A stretch of DNA of 64,000 nt from Blepharisma stoltei ATCC 30299 (GCA_965603825.1 CBFDEM010000038.1:124001-188000), one strand, 5' to 3'. Positions 25,086 to 38,072 are shown, numbered from the stretch's first letter. The notes: generated by a model not told the origin, from the letters alone. Made by a program: numbers and translations.

Positions 25086-28000
25086 TTAAGAAATTGCTTC
25101 ATGTCTATTTTATTCGCCTCTTTTCACTAAGGATTTTCAAATTTTTTATTTTTTTAAGAATTTGGTTTCGGTACATAAAAAATTCTTCTCTTTCTATATT
25201 TGATTGATATAAAAGGACCGAATTTGTCACTGGCCATAAAGCTGCCTTTTAGCTTGGAATGTAAAAAGGTATCCAAATCTTGTCAAAAAATGTTCCAATT
25301 TGTATTTCAAGATTAGCCTTATTGAACGATGATTCAATAAGTTTGATAAGTGGCTTATGGATTCCAAAATGCTTAAAATAGTCAAAATCCTGTCAATATT
25401 TGTGTATCTCTTGATTGAGAAATCTCACTCCATTGTAATCTGGGTCTATGCTGAAGTGATTCTCGAGTAAAAAATGCTTAAAAGTCGGCAATTCGCAGTC
25501 AAAATACTTACTGTTTTCTATATGCCTCATGATTTCTGATTTATTAGCTTTAAAAGCAATAAGCCCATATATCCAGTTGATGTGCTCTTTATCATTTTCA
25601 AAGGAAATTTTTTTATCTTGCGTAATCCATTAATCCTTAACCATTTGGTTAGCCCATACCTCTTTTTCAAATCTTAATTCTGCCAAACATGAAATGGTTT
25701 CTGCTAAATAAACTGTTCTAAAATTATTTTTCTTATTACAAACTGCTAAGACTGCATTTTTGTCAGATAATCCTACTGTTTTTATTTTTTCAATGAGCTG
25801 CTCTCTTTTGTTCTCATTATTAGCCAATTTATTATTCATTTGATTTTGACAGATTATTTGAGCAAAATTAAGATCGGTGAGCATATTCTTATGAGCTAAA
25901 TCCAGCAATTTATCACAATCTGTGAATGATAATTTTCCAACATTATTTAAAGCCAATTCTTTGAATAAGGATGATATTGCATTATATAGCTCTAAATGAT
26001 CATTTATATTCACTTGGGAAAGCCTGCTAATTACTTCTGCCATAATTCAGACACCGTTTTTTCCTAAAAGTGGAACAATTTTTTTTAATTCATCTATAAT
26101 ATAATTATCAATCTCTGTTTTTGGATGATATCAGTATCTATTGATAACAGAAGGAAGACCATGAAAATCTAATTTTTCATGGATCTTGCTGAAAACTTTA
26201 TTGATTATATCTTTCCTCAGCTTCAAATCAGTACATTGTGAAGAAATAATCAACATGTCTCTTTGATCAAAATCCGTCATATAACCATAGTTAGATAAAA
26301 CTGAATCAGCCGTTTCCGGTTCTAGCTTGCCAAGCAGTGAAACCAAGCTGAGTTAGATCAGGCTAAGCTATTGCGCCTTACAAATTTTGAAGATGGGTTG
26401 TTCAAACTTATGCATCACTTTTGCTGAATTGAGTTAAGCAGCGTGCACAAGTGCTATTCCCGGTGATCATTGTGGAGTTTCATCTTACTGGAGAAAGCTG
26501 CGCCTGAATCTTGCTGGTAGGTATTGTGGAAATGTCTACTTTAGACATCTTTCCTTTTCTTTATTTTCTTAATTCCTATAGCTTTATTAGAATGCATTTA
26601 GTTGAGAATAGATAGTATTCTTGGATTTTCAGAAATGCATTTATTCATTCTTCTCGATAATGGTCATTTAGCTCTCAAGTTAAGGATTGCCACTCAGTTG
26701 ATTAATAGAATATATTGGGTGATTTGTATCTGCAATTTCTATAATTACAACAAAAATGCCCATGATAAAGGAGCAGCTTTCTTAAGCAAAATGAAAATCC
26801 ACAATGAATAATTGGAATAGTACTTGTGAAAGCTGTTTAACTCCGATTCAGCTTAGTGATGTATAAGTTTAGCACTATTATTTGGCTCCTCTCCTGAGGC
26901 AAACCAAGCCAATGTTCAAAATTTTTAAGGTACAATAATTAATCATTCAATACTCCATAATAAAATCTTATCTAAGACGGAACCTCGAAGAATGCCCGCT
27001 TGAATCTGAGCTAAATTCCTTACATTCAGCATTTCTATCAGAAATAGTTCTCAATCGGCTTTTATCCTGGCTAACTAGCTTTCTCGAAATATTGAAGTAT
27101 ACATTTAAGGGACTATTGAGATAACAAAAATTTTCATTTTCATGGACGCAAAGCACAACTGAAGAGCAAATAATTATTACCCATTAACTCAATTTCCTAC
27201 TAAGCTTGTCTTTAGGCACATCAAGTCCTAAAGCTCTGAATGGGTTGCAAACGGCTTTCACATCACCATTTTATTTGTGCGGCACCCAAGCTGGGTATTT
27301 TGATATTTGAATTGCTAAAGACAGAATGAATAGGCAAGTCCTTTAGCAAGTTAAATGCACCAGTAAATAAATCTGTCAGTAAACTATAGTCAGAATCTAC
27401 AAAAAGACAATAAAGTTTATCAATTCTCCTATAAATATTATGATCATTTAATAAATAATGAGGGTCTATTTTGTTTAGAATACGAGCAAAATCATTTAGT
27501 ATTTGAATATTTTCCACTTCAGGAAGTCTATCCATGGCTGCGCCTATCCATTCCGGAGATAATTTATTTTTATATGTTTCTAGTAAAAATATGATTGCCT
27601 CAAAAGGTGCTTTATAATATCTTATTGCTCTTAAGATACCTTTAAATGAAAATTTATTTTTATTTTCAATCACAAATTCTTTTCATAATTCAGGATCAGA
27701 CTCATAAAACATAAGTGAATAATATAAATATTTAGGTTCCGTAGATAATCTTTTAAATAAGCGAAAGGCTATGGCTTGCAAAGGTTTTATTGCTCTATAG
27801 AACTTTGAACTATATTCCTTTCTGTTAGCAGTACTAATAAAAAGTTTAGTATTGGAATCACTTAAAGTAATTCACTCTTTTAGATCATTTATAAGATAAT
27901 CTTTTATTTTTTGCAGGCCATATAGCTCATAATTATTTGTATGGATAATGCTGAGTAATACATCTATTTTGTTAGAGCACCCATTAATTCTTTTATAGTT

Positions 28001-28810
28001 AATTTCATTTGAAATTAAACTTTCAAAGGGAAAAGTTTTCCTTCTATGTTAACACATATTCATGATGCTTTTTCAAATATTTCCATGCATTTTTCAAAAT
28101 TAATGTTTTTACTATTTATTTGGTGTGCTAATTTAAGTGCAGTCTGACCATCAATATTCGGGCCTATAAGCCTAAGTATTTTTTTTATAATTTCTGAGTC
28201 TATTGATTCTTTTGACAACTTTTCCTTAATTATTTGCAAAGCTTTTAAAACTATTTCATCAACAATAACAAAAACTTTTGTTTCATTTTTTAAAAGAGTA
28301 GTCAATTCAATTATAAATTGTATTAACGTATATGCTATTTTTATTTTAATTTATCATAATTTTGATAAATAACAAATATTTCAATTTTAATATTTTTTTT
28401 CTAGTTATTATTTTTCTCAAATTATTCTCTTGCTTATATTTTACATGATACCTAGTTTTCGACATTTTTTTCACCTATCCTTTTTTTGGAAAAAAAAGGC
28501 CAAAAAGATGTATTTTATGAATGAACCATCTGCTCACTCTTTCAGCAATTTTCACATGTTGGTGCTGATTCACTAGTAATTTTTTAATTTCTTTTTTATG
28601 AGCAGCATCTAGCTGTATATTCATCTAGTCTTTTTAATAGCTAAAGTATCTAAAATTTTGGCTAAGTGTCTTCCATCAAGTTCTTCTTTATTTAGTTGAA
28701 GGATTCTTTCCATGCATTCGATAAATAAACTTTTCTTTAAAGTATAGATAAATTTTCCTCTTCCAGTGAAATTTCTTCCAAATTTAATTTACCCCTAGCA
28801 ATTTTTTCGG
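25086..28810 (-). pseudogene. Helical-repeat/RAP-like pseudogene, copy 3
   Basis: 5'-truncated at ~28810, with a small deletion near 28770, ~300 bp of foreign sequence replacing coding DNA at 28324-28625, a 0.93 kb insertion at 26354-27285, an indel-created TAA at 25630, and a frameshifted 3' end. Confidence 0.9.
26343..27296. mobile_element. Unclassified ~930 bp insertion with target-site duplication and internal inverted repeat
   Basis: CCAAGCTGAGT (26343-26353) and CCAAGCTGGGT (27286-27296) flank it, while paralogs have the site once. 26404-26503 and 26771-26870 are imperfect reverse complements. Confidence 0.75.
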
Positions 28811-28895
28811 TTAAATATCTTTTATTCAAGGAAATTCTTCTTGCAGAAATTTTACTCTCTATTTGACCGAAAATTTGTATTTCCAGTTGTTTGGC

Positions 28896-29698
28896 TAAAA
28901 ACGCTGTCATGAGCAGTATCAAACTTCATAAGAGGAAAGCCTCAGCCCAAACTCGACAAGGTGATACCTTTATTTTCATTTTTAGAAAAAGTCATTGTGG
29001 CGATATTTGATGAAGAATCCGTTACAGATGCAACTTGGGGATGCTCCTATCTTACAGATATAGATGGAAGTTTACCAATTTTCCAAAATGAATTATTTTT
29101 AGGAAGAATAATCCGGCAGCTCTCCAGTAATAATGCTTCTTTACAAGTTTCTTCTCTCCGGACACTTGGCAATATTTTATCATCATTACCCAATTCCTAC
29201 GATATTATGTTCAGACTTGGACTTTTAGATAAAATTGACGAATTAATATTAAGTCCCAAAAAACGTGTAAAAAAAGAAATCTGCTGAATGCTGTCAAAAA
29301 TTTGTACAGAAAAAAAAGCTGTTGAAGGGCTATTAGAAAGAAAAGTTTATGAGAAATTGTTGAAGATATTAAAAAAAGATTGTGAAGACGTTAAAAAGGA
29401 CGCTATATTATTAATAGGAAAAACAGCCACAGTTTGCGATGCAGATCAAGCTAGAAGGGTGGCCCAAATAGGGTTGATTGGAGAAATGATAAGTTTGGTA
29501 GATAAAATGAAAGCATCACAGAAAGTTATACTTGAAGGGCTGACTGAATATTTTGAAAAAGATAAAAATATTGTGGGGAGTGAGGACAGAATTAGGCTGA
29601 TTAGGGTGTTGAATAGAATGATTGGGGAAGGTGAAAATTCTGATAAGGCAATGAGCTTGGTGCTAATGCTGCTTGATATCAATAATGAAAATAATTAA
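28896..29698 (+). pseudogene. Importin-alpha copy 4, 5'-truncated at the inverted-duplication breakpoint
   Basis: Near-identical reverse complement of 22674-23476. It starts abruptly at KTLS-W-AVSN, and the N-terminal ARM repeats are missing. Confidence 0.9.
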
Positions 29699-30261
29699 TA
29701 CATTTAATCAGATATTAGCTTGGAGCAATTATAATAGTAGCAATGTAAACAAGGATCATATCTAAATTATTAAGTTTATACTAAATTTACAAAATGATAT
29801 CGCAAAACTATTTAAAATAGCACAGAGCACTTATACTCATTGGTGAAAAAATATTATGAGCTCCTTTAATTTATTGCTAAATCTATGGCCTCTCCTCTAT
29901 TATTTCTTTATAATCAATACCTTTTCCTATCTATATATTAATTTCTTTATCAATCAAAATAAATAAATTGTAGTTCATATTTATTAATTTACCCTGAATG
30001 CAACATAAGATTGAAAGGATTTTGGAAATTGATTTTTTAAATAGCTCATGAAGAAAGCATCCACATGAATTAGAAGTTGGCTAAAGAAGCAAATAAAATA
30101 AAGCATGAAAATACTGATGGTGAAACCAATTGAGCTATCAAAAAAATAAGTAAGAGATACACTTTATTAATAGCTTAAAAAAATTAACAGGTTCAAATAT
30201 TGATAGTTTGAACTTAACTCTCAAATAATATCTTGACTATGTAAATGAGGAGTTAGCAGAT

Positions 30262-30976
30262 TAAAATACAAAAAAGGCTGGGTAGGATGTATTTACTGAA
30301 TGAGGAGAAGGGACTAACATGGGCGAAGACTTGCTCTAGATGGAGTGATCTTGTAAATTTTAGTGGCCTTAGATGGTGGAATCGAAGAGAATCCAAAAGA
30401 GAGATTGAATCCAAGATTAGAGCACATGCGTGGGATCAGTATCGAAGGAGAATAGAAACCGAGGTGAGAGCAACGACACGACTATTTATGACCTTAAATG
30501 AAGGGAAGGGAGTAATTGAGGAGAGTCCTTATTTATATTTTAATTCGCATAGAAGACAAGAGATTATGGATATCTTCAGGTTAAGGGCTGGTTTTAATAC
30601 AACGTCGTATTCACAGAATTTAAGGCATTTGATGCAGAGTACCAAATGTGAGAAATGTAATTGAATAAATGAGGATGAGATGCATTTACTTAATGATTGT
30701 TTTTTATATGAAGATGACAGAGCAAATTTATTGTTGGGATTGGAGGAAAATGGTGTGCTAGAGGGAGTGATCAGGAAAAGATTCATGCTGCATGAAGTTG
30801 TGCTTTATGCGGAGAAATTTGTTATTTGGATGAAGGAGGAACATGCTGGAAGATTTGGAGATGTAGATAACGAGATAAAAAATTTTATTTATAGAGTGAT
30901 GAAGAAAAAAGAGAGAAATGCTGCTAAGCAGCGCTAAAATAATGCTAAGATTTCTAAGATTTCTAAAATACAAAAA
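30262..30976 (+). mobile_element. 5'-truncated non-LTR retrotransposon insertion (3' end of ORF with CCHC zinc knuckle)
   Basis: 13-bp TSD TAAAATACAAAAA at 30262-30274 and 30964-30976, with the empty site at ~22097-22109. The ORF 30287-30937 (TGA=Trp) has IFRLRAG and C-x2-C-x8-H-x4-C (CEKCNWINEDEMHLLNDC). The 3' tail is (CTAAGATTT)2. Confidence 0.9.
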
Positions 30977-31902
30977 GGGTTCGATTTATTATGAAAATCC
31001 GTAATATAATCAAATCTTTACCTTTTATTTAGTATATTCGTCAATCAATTCTGAAAATTGATAATAATAAAAATCGATTTATATCAAATTTGATAGTTGA
31101 TAACCTGCTTTTAAAAACAGCAGAGCTTTTACAGCATCTACTTCTAAAATCTAATTTAATATAGATATCCAAAATATATTGTATAAAGCTGAGCCTATAT
31201 TATTAATAATTTAATAACCAGGATTAAAATAAAATACTTCAGTTAATTCATCCAAATCCCACCAGGTATAGGTGAGTATTCCACTTTCAAAAATTTAAAT
31301 AAATCATCTACTTAAACTCCAATATAGATCGTCTCTCTCAGCACCAGTTTCTCACAGCATCTCCGCACTTCTCTACTTACTCCATATTAACTGTATGATG
31401 TCAGGCCAAATTATAGCCTCCTTTTCTTCTTTGGTGCTCAGCTCGATTTAATTGAGAAAAGAATACTCTACAGATTTAGATAAATAAATTTCAATGAATA
31501 TTTAGCAAATTCTGTATTTTCTCAATCCTTGGACTTGTTATGGGAGCTCTAAAGCTATAACAGAAACCACCCTTGCTAAAGCCAAGGATGTGGATATTCT
31601 TAACTTTTGGGGTCTAAGGCTGACCTGCTTTTGATCTGCACTCCATTAAAAAGGGAATAAATGATGAATCAAATCTAGTAGGGTTTTTCTTCGCTCTATA
31701 AAAGCAGAATTTAAAGGTGGCTTATATTGCCTTCTTCCAATTTAAAAAATGGGGTAGCAAGAAATAAAGATAAATTAAATTAACCGTAGAAGAAAGATAA
31801 TTAGTGGTGAAGACAGAAAAAGAGAGAAGCCATAAATAGAATGAGCACTTGAAGTATCGCTGATGAAAGAAATTAGTATTGATAATTCTAATCATGATGA
31901 TG

Positions 31903-34900
31903 TTAAATCTTAAGAAATTGCTTTATATCTATTTCTCCTATCTTATTCGTCTCTTCCTTACTAAGAATTCTCAAATCATTTACCTTTCTAATAATTTGAT
32001 TTCGGTGCATTAGAAATTCTCCCTTTAAAAGATTTGAGCGATATAAAAGAACCGAATTTGTCACTGGCCATAAAGCTGTCTTTTTAAGTGGAATGTAAAA
32101 AGGCATCCATATCCCATCAATAAACGCCCCAGCTTTTACTTCAAGATTAGCTTTACTGGACGATGATTCAATACGACTGATGAGTGTCTTTTCTATTCCA
32201 AAATATTTAAAATAGTCAAAATCCTGCCAATATTTCTGAGTTTCTTGGTTGAGTATCCTAATTTCTTTGTAATCTGGATCCATGCTAAAATGATTTTCAA
32301 GTAAAAAGTGCTTAAAAGTTGGCGACTCGCATTCAAAATATTTACTGTTTTCTATATGTCTCATAATTTCTGATTTACTAGCTTTAAAAGCAACAAGCCC
32401 ATATATCCAGTTGATGTGCTCTTTATCATTTTCAAAGGAAATCTTTTTATCTTCCACGTAGTCCATTAATTCATTAGCCATATGGTTAGCCCATGCCTCT
32501 TTTTCAAATCTTAATTCTGCCAAACATGAAATCGTTTTTGCTAAATAAGCTGTTCTAAAGTTATCTTGCTTATTACAAACTGCTAAAACTGCATTTTTGT
32601 CAGATAATCCTACTGTTTTTATTTTTTCAATGAAATCTTCTCTTTTGCTCTCATTATCATATAATTTATAATTCCTAGTGTTCTCCGATATTATTTGAGC
32701 AAAATTAAGATCCATGGGCATATTATTATGAGCTAAATCCAGCAATTTATCAAGTTCTACGAATAGTATCTTTCCAACATTTTTTAAAACAAATTCTTTT
32801 AATAGGGATGATATTGCATTATATAACTCTAAATGATCATTTATATTCACAAAGGAAAGCTTGCCAATTACATCTGCCATAGCTCAGAGACCGTGTTTTC
32901 CTAAAAGTGGAACAATTTTTTTTAATGCATCTATAATATAATTATCAATTTCCGTTTTTGGATGATATCAGTATCGTTTGATAATCTGAGGAAGAGCCTT
33001 ATGATCCAATTTCTCATGGAACTTGTTGAAAACTTTGTCGATTATATTTTTTCTCAGCTTCATATCGGTACATTTTGAAGAAATAGTCAGCATGTTTCAT
33101 TGATCAATATCATTCATATAAGAATAGTTAGATAAAACAGAATCAGCCATTTCCGGTTCTAGCTTGCCAAGCATTGAAGCAAAGCTGAGTATTAAGATAT
33201 TTCGATTGCTAAAGATAGAATCAATAGGAAGGTCTTTTAGTAATTTTAATGCGCCAGCAAATAAATCTGTCAGTAAACTAAAGTCGGAATGCAAAAAAAG
33301 ATGATTAAATTTGCCAATTCTAATGATGATATTTTTTTCATATAATAAATAATGAGGGTCTATTTTGTTTAGAATACGGGCAAAATCATTTAGAATTTGA
33401 ACATTTTCCACTTCAACAATTCTATCCATGGCAGAACCTATCCATCACGGAGATAACTTATTTTTATACTTTTCTAGTAAAAATATAATTGCCTCAAAAG
33501 GTCCTTGATAGAATCTTATTGTGCGTAAGATATCTTCAAATGAAAAGTTATTTTTATTTTCAATCACAAAGTCTTTTCATTTTTCTGGATCACACTCATA
33601 AAGCAAAATCGAAAGAAATAAGGAATCACATTCCTTCGATAATCTTTTTAATGAGCGAAAAGCTGTGGCTTGCAAAGGTTTTATTGCTCTACAGAACTTT
33701 GAACTATATTCTTTTTTGTTAACAGTACTAATAAAACTCTTAATATTGTCACCACTTAAAGTAATTCACTCTTTTAGATCATCTATAAGTAAATCTTTTA
33801 TTTTTTGCAGGCCATATAGCTCATAATTATTTGTATGAATAATGCTGAATAATAGATCTATTTTGTAATAACACCCAATATCTTCAATTTTTTTATAGTT
33901 AATTTTATTTGAAATTAAATTTGCAAAAGGGAAAAGTTTTCCTTCTTTGCTAATACATAATCATGATGCTTTTTCAAATATTTGCATGCGTTCATTTAAA
34001 TAAAGGGTTTTACTATTTATTTGGTGTTTTAATGTAAGTGCAGTCTGATAATCAATATTTGGGCCTATAAGCCTAAGTATTTTTATTATATTTTCTGAGT
34101 CTATTGACTCTTTCGACAATTTTTCCTTAATTATTAGTATGCTTTTTAAAACTATTTCATCAGCGATAAAACAATTCTTTGGTGAATTTTTTAAAAGAGT
34201 TGCCAATTCAATTATAAATTCTATGGATTGATTATTACTAAGCAAGATATTCAGTCTTTTTAGTGCACTTTGGTATAGACACCTATAGCTAAGCATGCTA
34301 TTCTTATAGAACTTGATTACTGATAGTAAATCATTTTCTTCCCATCTAGGTAAACTATCTTCAATCAATTTTAAAAAATCTGAAAAATATATCTGTATCC
34401 TTGTAGGCTGTTTAATAGCTAAAGCGTCTAAAATTTTGGCTAAGTGTCTTCCATCAAATTCTTCTTTATTTAGTTGAAGGATTCTTTTCATGCAAGCGAA
34501 AAATAAGCTTCTCTTTGAAGTATAAATAAATCTTCCAGTTCCAGTTAAAATTTTTGAAATTTCTTCCAAATTTAATTCACTCCCAGCCATTTTTTTAACC
34601 TCATTTTCTAGTTCTTCCATTTTAAACCCTTTAGGCACCAAATTTTCATAGATCGATAAAATTTGTTTCCGGTCAAAAGAGCGACTAATTAAATGCTTAT
34701 TTACGCAATCAATTAATATTTTCTTTTTCTCTTTTGTTAGAGATACTTCTGTGGTAAATCTATAAGAGCTTGCAATTCACTCACAAAAATTGACGATACC
34801 TTGAGAATCAAGCTTTTCAAGGTTCTCTTCAACTTCGTTTTTAATTTTTTTTAACTTGTTTCATGCTTCTGAGTCAATGCTTTGATTTTGCATATCAACA

Positions 34901-35085
34901 ATTTGAAGTGTGTATGCAAGAATTGAATGAGAAGTTTTGGACACGTCTATATCGTTTATAAATGACTCTAAACTTTTAGCACTTGCAAGTTTTAGATCTA
35001 TCCGAGCTTTTCCTATGTTGTAGTGATTTGAAAATGTTGAAAACGATCGAAAGAATCCTTTGGCAAAAAACCTAGGCCTCAGCAT
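31903..35085 (-). CDS. Putative mitochondrial-targeted helical-repeat/RAP-like protein, copy 4 (1060 aa)
   Basis: Inverted near-identical copy of 18001-21183 with the same length, ORF pieces in one frame, and a TAA stop. Confidence 0.7.
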
Positions 35086-35205
35086 TTATATTCCAGATAA
35101 TTTAGAATATTGAAATAATTACCAACCATAGACACAAAGGATTTAAGAAAAGACTATAATAATTAATGATTTGCAGCTAAATTATTATTGAATAATTCAA
35201 TTTAC

Positions 35206-37350
35206 TTAAGTATTTATATTTATCAACTATTGGAATTTCAGTTCTTTTAAAATGTAGTTTGGGTAATTTTTGGAGGGTATTTTTTCTGTTTCTATTAATA
35301 ATTGTCATCAATGCCGTTTTTTCAGGTCCTATATTTAAATCCATACTATTTTCTCTGTTCATTTTTTAAGATTATTAAGAATTGACTGTAGATCCTCACA
35401 TTTTCCTGTAATAAAAGCTGTATCATCTGCATATTGAAAATTTATTTTTGAGTATAAATTCTCGTTTTTAATTAATTCTAGGCTAATATCTTTTGTTACA
35501 TTTTCAATATCATCGATATAGATATTAAATAATGGAGAAATCGCACTTCCTTGTCTAATCCCTTTAGTAATATCGATTTTAAATGTTTCATTTCCGTTGA
35601 TTATTAAGGTAGTCTTTTCTCCTTTAATCATCTGGGAGATTGATTTTCCACTATCATCTGTGACTCTCTTACTTTTTATCTTTTCCATGAGTTTAGTTCT
35701 ATTCACAGAATCATATGCTTTCGAAAAATCTATAAAAAGTATATATGAATCACTCTTTTTCCCTTTATTATAATATTTTCGATATTCTAAGGTATTTTTC
35801 AGTAAGAAACTTTGTGTTATGCATGATTTTCCTTTTCTAAACCCATGTTGTCTATCTGAGATCTTAACGTTGTTTTCAATTTTTCTTAGTTCAGCCTTGT
35901 CAAGAATCTTCATAAAACTGTTCATTAATGTTATAGGTCTGAGATTCTTCAATTCTTTATGATTTCCTTTACCTTTATATATAAGAATAGTCTTAGCTTC
36001 ATTTGCAACATCCGGTATACCATAAATTCTGCAAGTATTTAAAAAATGTGTTATTGCTTCTACCATTATATCTCCTCCTTTTATTATTATTTCATTCGTT
36101 ATATTATCTGGTCCAGGAGCTTTTCTGTTAGGCAAAGATTTAATAATATTCTCAATCTTTTTTGAGTTTCAAAGTTCATCTTCTAGACAACCTGCTTGTG
36201 GAATAAAAGATATCGTACTCCTAAATTGATCTTCAAATTCTTTAATCTCAAATGCATTCATTGGTAAGACCAGTTTATTTTTATTCAATAATCTTTTTAT
36301 TTTTTTTCAAGCTCCATAGGGATCATTTATGCATTGCTTTAATCTATTTTCACTTATTATTTCATATCTATCCAGTCTTTTTAACTGATCAATGCATTTT
36401 TTCTTTACTTTCCGTATTCTTTCAATAAATTCATTATTTTTCTGAGAATAGCAAAATTTGATTTATTCTTTGAGTTTGTTAATTCTTTTCCTTAAAATTT
36501 TCATTTCTGGAGTTTTAAAATGATCAGGCTGTAATTTAGTTTTTACAATAATTGATTCTTCATCTAAGATAGTCTTTATTTCGGTATAGATTAGAGAAGG
36601 GTTATTTGTTATGAAAATACCTTTTTCTTTGAATTTAAGGAAGAGTCTGCTTTTAAAGGCTTCATGATCATCTCCTTCTAGTTTATATCATGGAATAATT
36701 GTTTTTTGAGTTCCTAATGGTATAATTATCGAAATGCGTGATAGGAGTAAAATATGGTTAGTATTTAATTGAGGGACTTCTATATAAATAATTTCTGATG
36801 TTGAGTTTGAGAGAATGTAATCAATAATTGTGTGTGTATTATGACCTCTAAAAGTTGATATTTGCATATCATTGAGAATGTATAGATGAGAATCTTTTAT
36901 AAATTTAGAAAATATCTCTCCTGTTAGATCATCGATTTCAGATAAATATCCTTTTAGATGCGCATTAAAATCACCCAATAGTACTATTTGACGTCTATCC
37001 TTTTGATTCTTTTGAATAATTTCTTGAACTTCTATGATAAAGTTAATATAGTCATCAATTGATTTCTTACTTTGGTGATTTGTTACTACTGGGGCATAAG
37101 CTACTATTATTAAGTAATCTTCAATTAATGTTGCTGTTATTCTATGATTGTTAGTTTCAATTGATGTTATTAGATTTGCAAATGTTTCATGTATTAGTAA
37201 CCCAGTTCCGCCTAATCCTCTGTTGCCAGCAATTGGCCCATTATTTCCAATTCAGATAAATCCTTGAATATATAAGGAAGTTTTCAGTCACGTTTCAGCA
37301 ATTCCAAGAATAGAAATATCATTAGAAATCATTAAATTTCTTAGTGAAAA
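35206..37350 (-). mobile_element. Degenerate non-LTR retrotransposon (APE endonuclease + reverse transcriptase), truncated at both ends
   Basis: APE motifs: ILGIAET-W, GGTGLLI, VAYAP, LLGDFNAH, STFRG, IIDYIL. RT motifs: KAPGPDNI, NLRPITL, QHGFRKGKS, FIDFSKAYDSV, GIRQGSAISP, QYADD, YKYL. In-frame TAA at 36463-36465, frameshift near 35358, cut at YKYL by the duplication breakpoint. Confidence 0.92.
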
Positions 37351-38072
37351 AAATTAATTTGGCTTGCATTAATTTTTGGAAAATCCATTACTGCGCTCGC
37401 ATAAAAAATAAATGAGTAACTTAAGGCCGGCATAAATTAACCTTTTAATATCGCCTGCCCTATCCTCTATTACTAATTCTAAAAGTTTCCATATGCCTTC
37501 ATGACATTCAATCCTCTGAATTTTTCGTGAAAATGAGCTAATAACAAAAATTAATATTTTTCCATGTAGTAGTGAGAAAATAAAACATTTCTATTCTCTT
37601 CCAACTTTATATTTTTTTTTGAATTTTTGGCAATAATCTTTAGATATTTCTAATTTATTTTGATAAAAAGGCTATTGATGCGATAATTTGATCTTTTACA
37701 ATAATAAAAGCTATTTATACAATGAAAATTCTGCTATTTCTGCATCCATGAACTTAATTTTTGAATTTTATGCACGTGAATAGCCAGCTTTCCTGGCACT
37801 GCCTTTGAGTGATTATGAAAATGTGCCAGCGAAGAAGAATAAAAAACTAATCTATTTCTAATCGTGAAAATTATGAAATTTTAATGCAATTTGTTTCAGC
37901 AATGTTATAAAAAATTATATGAGTCTTCAAGCTGCACATCTATGAGTGAAGATTAAGATAACTCAACCGATAGGTCTCATAATGAAATAATCGAGTTTAA
38001 AATTTCCAGTTTTACAATTATGGAGAATTTTGATAAAAAAAATTAAACCATAAAATAATAATTTTTATTATA

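Larger units (their letters stand above)
28896..35205 (-). repeat. Right arm of the inverted duplication (left arm 17881-23476)
   Basis: The arm is 714 bp longer than the left arm, almost all explained by the LINE insertion at 30262-30976. Confidence 0.95.

Noticed and set aside
26354-27297. TA-bounded ciliate IES
   Set aside because: Excision between TA at 26354 and TA at 27296 leaves one extra base relative to the paralogs. An 8-11 bp target duplication fits better, and the host gene is dead anyway.
30275-37350. The two LINE fragments as halves of one broken element
   Set aside because: The 30.3 kb piece has its own TSD, so it is an independent insertion, and its base composition is more G-rich. 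There is no overlap to test family identity.
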